Origin: Euryarchaeota archaeon UBA88 | GTDB lineage: Archaea; Thermoplasmatota; Poseidoniia; Poseidoniales; Poseidoniaceae | Assembly: GCA_002499545.1 (NCBI GenBank) | Contig: DAME01000025.1 | Location: 6,911 to 70,910 of the forward strand | DNA length: 64,000 nucleotides | Direction: 5' to 3' | In this document: positions 59,259-64,000 of the stretch, one piece after another | How the letters are laid out: every line of letters starts with the position of its first letter | Position numbering within the stretch: position 1 is the first letter of the stretch | The notes under the pieces: generated by a model | The model's input: the letters and a program-made list of their open reading frames with translations, nothing else | What the model was told of the DNA's origin: nothing | Databases searched by the model: none | Program-made: the position numbers and the translations under genes

Positions 59259-62200
59259 ATGACAGCGCAAGCGTTGCACAGAAGGGGAAAATTTGTTCCC
59301 GCAATGGTGCCTCTGCTGCTGCTCATTTTGACCTCGATATCACCAGCTGTTTTATTCGAAATCAACGAACCAACACTGCTGTCTGAAAACCAACAGATTT
59401 CGAATGTAGATGGTGACTCTGTTTGGGACCCACTCACGCAGCCTTGGGGCCAATATGGACGCACACCTACGCGAAATGGAACAATGCCAATGCATGGGGC
59501 TGACGGTGGTCCCGGCATCGGATCGGTTGAAGATGTAACGGTGTACGGGACCATAGACCACCCAGTCGTGAATTGGGTAGGACTCGATGATAGCGATGGT
59601 TCTGACGCTTACGGCTCAATCATCGGGGACTTCAGCAACAGCATTTCACGGCCTGATGCCGCTATCGAACGATGTGGAAAAGGACAATTATTCCCCGTGA
59701 CTGTCCACAATGACGGGGTCGAAAGTTACCTCAGTATTTTGACCGGTGACGATGCAAAAGTGGCATGGCAAGTGAATCTCGGTCAATCCAATGAAATTCG
59801 CTCAACCCCAATACTTCACGACATCGATGGAGACGAAAAGCCAGAAATTCTTGTTGTCTACGACACTGCAAGTTCGCTACAAGTGGATGCATGGTCTCCA
59901 GAATTAACTTGCACTGAATCAGGATGGCAAAAAAACGGCCACAGCAATGAACGACTGTGGAGTTACAGTGATACAAACTATCGAATTGGAATCACCAGTC
60001 CTCACGCACCCACTAGCCAAAGCAATCATGATTCAATCACGCAGCCACTGTTGGCAGACCTACAGTTAGATGGTTCGCCTGAATTGGTGTTGGCAGTGGT
60101 CGATGAAAATTCCAACGACCCGACCGTCATCTCATTCACACTTACCACAAGCGTGCCCAGTGAACCTGACTGGCAAATCTCGTTGGATAGGGGCACGCAC
60201 CCTTCTGACCCATCGTGGGCGGCCTTGGACTCTTCGACAACGGCCGTTGTTTTGACGACCATTGATTCGAATTCTGGAAACATGTGGATTTGGAGGATAG
60301 ACGGTGCATCGGGCTCGCTTGATTGGGAGCGTGTGGCCGTCCAGGGTACAGACTCAGATTCCGACTCTCCCAGATTGCGCCTACCCGGACCCGTTATTGT
60401 TCAACTCGACCAGGACGATGCACCGGAAATGATCATCACCGTACCCACCGACTCCAATGGACGTACGAGCGGCAACGGTGCACGGTTCATTGGAATGGAA
60501 CTAACCTCGACTACTGAAGTATTCAATTTCCGAGCTCCGAATGGATATTCCGACACCCAGCCCTTACCGATTGATACCACCGGTGATGGTGAGCATGACC
60601 GGTTGTGTTGGGCGACATGGTATTCAGAGTCAACCCTCACTTTCAATCGGAAAGGAATGGTAGGGTGCCACGATATCAGCCTTGAGACCCCGCTGAAAGA
60701 TTGGTCTCGAGATCTTCAACGCGGCAACGGTAATGACAACGATGAAATCGCAGTTTCATCACCGTTCTGGATGGATATTGACGGCAACGATGAGCCCGAG
60801 GTACTGATTGCATTCGGACAGCGATTGTGGGCATTCGATGGAGAAACTGGGGCATCAGCAGATATCAACAATGCGTGGTCATCCCCACTCTCGATGCCTC
60901 ATCGAGTTTGGGCAAGTGCTGCTGTAGCAGACGTCGATGGAGACGGTACGCTTGACATTCTCATCGGAGATACGCTGGTATCACAACAGGTAGCGGATAT
61001 GGCCCCCTTAGCTGACCAGCGCGGAATTAGTTTCAATCCGACCGAACCAGACCCAGGGCAACAAGTTACGATTACTGGGCAGTTTTCCAACATTGGTACA
61101 ATGGACAACGATGAAAATGTTGACGCTGTACTACTGCTCAACGGTAACGAAATTGCACGTGAGCGTTTTGCGGATGTGGAACCTATTGCTCCATCGGGAG
61201 AAGGCGGACCTCTCACGTTTAGTACAGTCATCACTGCGGAACTTGGGATCCATAACATCACCATGATTCTAGATGTCAATTCGAACCTCACTGAAGCACG
61301 AGAAGACAACAACATCGCTTCAACAGAATTGGTCGTTGTGGAACCGTTCGTGGCACAGGTCGAACTACCAGTTGAGACGCCAAGAATTTCGCCAGGAACG
61401 AGTCAACAAATCTCAATCCAACTCCTTTCAACCGGGTCTCGGACCGCAGATTGGACACTCACTTGGGACGACTCTGCTATGCCCGATGATTGGAGTTTTT
61501 CTGCCCCACAGGGTACTGACCTCAATCCAACTCTATCACCAAATGCCCCTGTGACCATTGTCTTTGATGCATCAGTACCCGGCGATGCGCTGGGTGATGA
61601 AAACACCTATGTTGACCTCATACTAACCCTGGACCAAGATACGTCTGTTAATTCAACGGTTCGAATGCCGCTAGAAGTTCTTCGTACCCGTGGACTGTCG
61701 GTGACTGGCCCAAGTGGTCTAATGGTGAGCGATGGATTTGGCAGAGTTGGTCACACAGCATCAGCCTGGATGGTGATAGAGAACCTTGGCAATGCTCAAG
61801 AAACTACCACCTCGATTGAATGGACTGCTCCTGCCTGGGGTGGAACACCGTCACTGCACCGGGATGACGGTTCAGAAGTGTTCTCACTCACCCTGAGCCC
61901 AAATGAGAACGTAGAATTGTTCGCTCACCTCACCGTACCTCTTTCAACCAGCATAGGCTCCTCAACATCGACGATTCTCACCATGTGTATTGGCAGTGGA
62001 GAATCAACGCTGTGTGAGGAATTAGAAATCTCGTTCACTGCCGTATCAGTTACCGTATCGCCAATTCACACCCGAAGCTTGCCGAACGCATCGCTTACAT
62101 GGACGGTTGAGGCTGACTTACCTACAAGTGGTGAATTGAAATGGAACATGGCAGCGGCAAACATGATTCACAACGGTTGGTCTTGGACCACTGCAGGTTC

Positions 62201-64000
62201 ACTTTCACTCAACGGAACCGGCATTGAACTAACTGGAGACGGAGATTCGTTTGCAACGGGAAGTATCACACTTGCTCTCCCAGTCGATGCCGTGCCTCAC
62301 CGTCACGTGTTTTCATCCAACGACGACATTGTTTCCAACGCAGATCTGAATTTTTCGTTGCAAGTTCTGCAAATTTATCGTGCCAAGGCAACACTGCTTG
62401 AGCCATTACCCCCCGCCAACGATCAAGCTTTTTCTATGAACGTTTCAGAAACCGAATCTGTGCTCCTTCGGTTGGAGAATCCTGGCAACGGACAAGACGA
62501 CTTCCTGCTCACCACTGATGTGAAGGAAGTGAGCCAGGGAATCCCTGCACCAAATGTAACGTTTGAAATCCTTTACAGCGACCAACGCAGCCTCGGGCCG
62601 TTAGCCTCAACAATCGCAACGGTCGAAGTGACGCTTGCTGAAGACGTGCCCGCTCAAGAACCGTTTATTCTCTCTTTCATATGGACCTCGCTGGGCGATG
62701 CATCCGTCTTCGATGTCGTGGATGTGTTGGTTGAAGCAGAGCCCGACCACCGTTGGGGTCTCAACATCAGTTCCGAACTCGATACGCTCGTGGTACCGGA
62801 TGAAAGGGTAACCATCAATATGACAGCAACCAACATTGGCAATGCCGATGACACGCTCACGATTGTCCCCGTTTTTACTGTCGAACACTACGGTGACGAT
62901 TCGTCGGAGTGGACTGCGGCATCACTCAGCAGCGAGCAAGAACTGAATGTCAACCAGAGTGAATCACTGTCATTGAATTTCACAGTCCCCCGCCTAGCTT
63001 GGCATCAATCAAGTGCTGAGTTGGAACTTCGAATGTATTCTGAAGAAATTTATGTCAGCAGTACGAACATTACATTCACCGTAGACCACGTTTCTGGGTG
63101 GAGATTCAATTTGGCCAATACATCCCTCACCATCGACCCAAGCGGTCAAAATCTAACCCTCACAGTGCAGCAACTCGGTAACGCACCCTCTGCTCCGTAC
63201 TACGCTAAAGCAGGTGCAGGGTGGAACCTTACACTCTCGGATGGAGGAGAAACAGTACAGCCCCAGCAAACCACGACGATGAATGTCTTTGTCATGCCGC
63301 CAGAAGATGCAATCGCTGGAGAAATAGGGCTGCTTCAACTCCGTATCAGCGACACAGACGGGGCTGGTTCTGTGGTTCAACAAATACCCGTGCGAATTGG
63401 AGAAGCACCCAACATTAGCATCGCACACAAAGGTGTGTGGAAAATCAATTCTGCGGGAGGGTTACCCACAGCATGGATTGAAAACAACGGAAACGATGTC
63501 GCTGTTCTCGAACTGGAACTCACCGGTCTACCGGAAGGCTGGACCGTTGAAGGACATGACCAACTGGTGATCGCTCCGAATCAAATCAAAGGCATTCCAC
63601 TCAATCCTGTGCCGACCAGCGAATGGTCCGGTCAACGGTTCCTGGCCACACTCGAAGTCGTTCACCCAACTCTTGGAATGATGAGTTATGACATTGAAAT
63701 CGAACGAGGCATCTATGCTTTCCTGACCACACCGGTTCACCAAGCCACAGTTGGGAGTGAGGTTATCACGATTATGAATTCTGAAGTAAATGATGGTGAC
63801 TTGACGAGTTCTGAAACGATAACGATGAGCGATAACATGCTGACACTCCAGGTTAGCAATGGAGCGAATGAAGTTATCCTCACATCGTCTGAAGAACCTC
63901 AAGACTCACTTTCAATCTACGTGTACGGGTACGAATTACCTGAGGTTTCAGTTAACTGTGATCTGCAAACATCGAGTTTCAGCGACCTAGGGCGAATCAA
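59259..64000 (+). CDS. giant secreted surface protein (FG-GAP-like propeller, CARDB, repeated NEW3/Ig-like domains); 3' truncated, absent from ORF track
   Basis: Frame appears open from ATG 59259 (MTAQALHRRGKFVPAMVPLLLLILTS) to the window end; DIDGDEKPEI/DVDGDGTLDI, EAREDNN, repeated ENLGN/ENPGNGQD/TNIGNADD. Confidence 0.88.
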   Translation, partial: MTAQALHRRGKFVPAMVPLLLLILTSISPAVLFEINEPTLLSENQQISNVDGDSVWDPLTQPWGQYGRTPTRNGTMPMHGADGGPGIGSVEDVTVYGTIDHPVVNWVGLDDSDGSDAYGSIIGDFSNSISRPDAAIERCGKGQLFPVTVHNDGVESYLSILTGDDAKVAWQVNLGQSNEIRSTPILHDIDGDEKPEILVVYDTASSLQVDAWSPELTCTESGWQKNGHSNERLWSYSDTNYRIGITSPHAPTSQSNHDSITQPLLADLQLDGSPELVLAVVDENSNDPTVISFTLTTSVPSEPDWQISLDRGTHPSDPSWAALDSSTTAVVLTTIDSNSGNMWIWRIDGASGSLDWERVAVQGTDSDSDSPRLRLPGPVIVQLDQDDAPEMIITVPTDSNGRTSGNGARFIGMELTSTTEVFNFRAPNGYSDTQPLPIDTTGDGEHDRLCWATWYSESTLTFNRKGMVGCHDISLETPLKDWSRDLQRGNGNDNDEIAVSSPFWMDIDGNDEPEVLIAFGQRLWAFDGETGASADINNAWSSPLSMPHRVWASAAVADVDGDGTLDILIGDTLVSQQVADMAPLADQRGISFNPTEPDPGQQVTITGQFSNIGTMDNDENVDAVLLLNGNEIARERFADVEPIAPSGEGGPLTFSTVITAELGIHNITMILDVNSNLTEAREDNNIASTELVVVEPFVAQVELPVETPRISPGTSQQISIQLLSTGSRTADWTLTWDDSAMPDDWSFSAPQGTDLNPTLSPNAPVTIVFDASVPGDALGDENTYVDLILTLDQDTSVNSTVRMPLEVLRTRGLSVTGPSGLMVSDGFGRVGHTASAWMVIENLGNAQETTTSIEWTAPAWGGTPSLHRDDGSEVFSLTLSPNENVELFAHLTVPLSTSIGSSTSTILTMCIGSGESTLCEELEISFTAVSVTVSPIHTRSLPNASLTWTVEADLPTSGELKWNMAAANMIHNGWSWTTAGSLSLNGTGIELTGDGDSFATGSITLALPVDAVPHRHVFSSNDDIVSNADLNFSLQVLQIYRAKATLLEPLPPANDQAFSMNVSETESVLLRLENPGNGQDDFLLTTDVKEVSQGIPAPNVTFEILYSDQRSLGPLASTIATVEVTLAEDVPAQEPFILSFIWTSLGDASVFDVVDVLVEAEPDHRWGLNISSELDTLVVPDERVTINMTATNIGNADDTLTIVPVFTVEHYGDDSSEWTAASLSSEQELNVNQSESLSLNFTVPRLAWHQSSAELELRMYSEEIYVSSTNITFTVDHVSGWRFNLANTSLTIDPSGQNLTLTVQQLGNAPSAPYYAKAGAGWNLTLSDGGETVQPQQTTTMNVFVMPPEDAIAGEIGLLQLRISDTDGAGSVVQQIPVRIGEAPNISIAHKGVWKINSAGGLPTAWIENNGNDVAVLELELTGLPEGWTVEGHDQLVIAPNQIKGIPLNPVPTSEWSGQRFLATLEVVHPTLGMMSYDIEIERGIYAFLTTPVHQATVGSEVITIMNSEVNDGDLTSSETITMSDNMLTLQVSNGANEVILTSSEEPQDSLSIYVYGYELPEVSVNCDLQTSSFSDLGRI

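Overview
A densely packed archaeal chromosomal segment. Archaeal-type markers include SRP RNA, EndA, archease, Rpo7/Spt4, eS24/eS31, DtdA and a geranylgeranyl reductase. Together with bacterial-type TopB, PyrD and ProDH and giant Ca-binding surface proteins, this points to Marine Group II Euryarchaeota (Poseidoniales); that assignment is inference, not a database result. About 47 CDSs are present, including two missing from the ORF track: eS31 at 57698-57871 and a >1580-aa surface protein starting at 59259 that runs off the window. There are two tRNAs (Thr-GGT, Ser-GGA) and SRP RNA. I found no CRISPR array, transposase, integrase or rRNA. The most interesting unexplained signals are: (1) a non-canonical TATA-like hexamer YTSAWR about 28-32 nt upstream of many apparently leaderless genes; (2) a long hairpin leader abutting the Shine-Dalgarno of the rpoE'-spt4-eS24-eS31 operon; (3) an endA-divergent operon encoding a wHTH-TerB protein, a degenerate heptose-kinase-like protein and archease; (4) a biotinyl/lipoyl-like domain inside an extracellular Ca-repeat protein; (5) a TSP3-esterase-YHYH fusion next to an SCO copper chaperone; (6) a lipoprotein-like PNGase F; (7) repeated zero-gap convergent stop codons; (8) a structured ~200-nt gap between serA and dinB.
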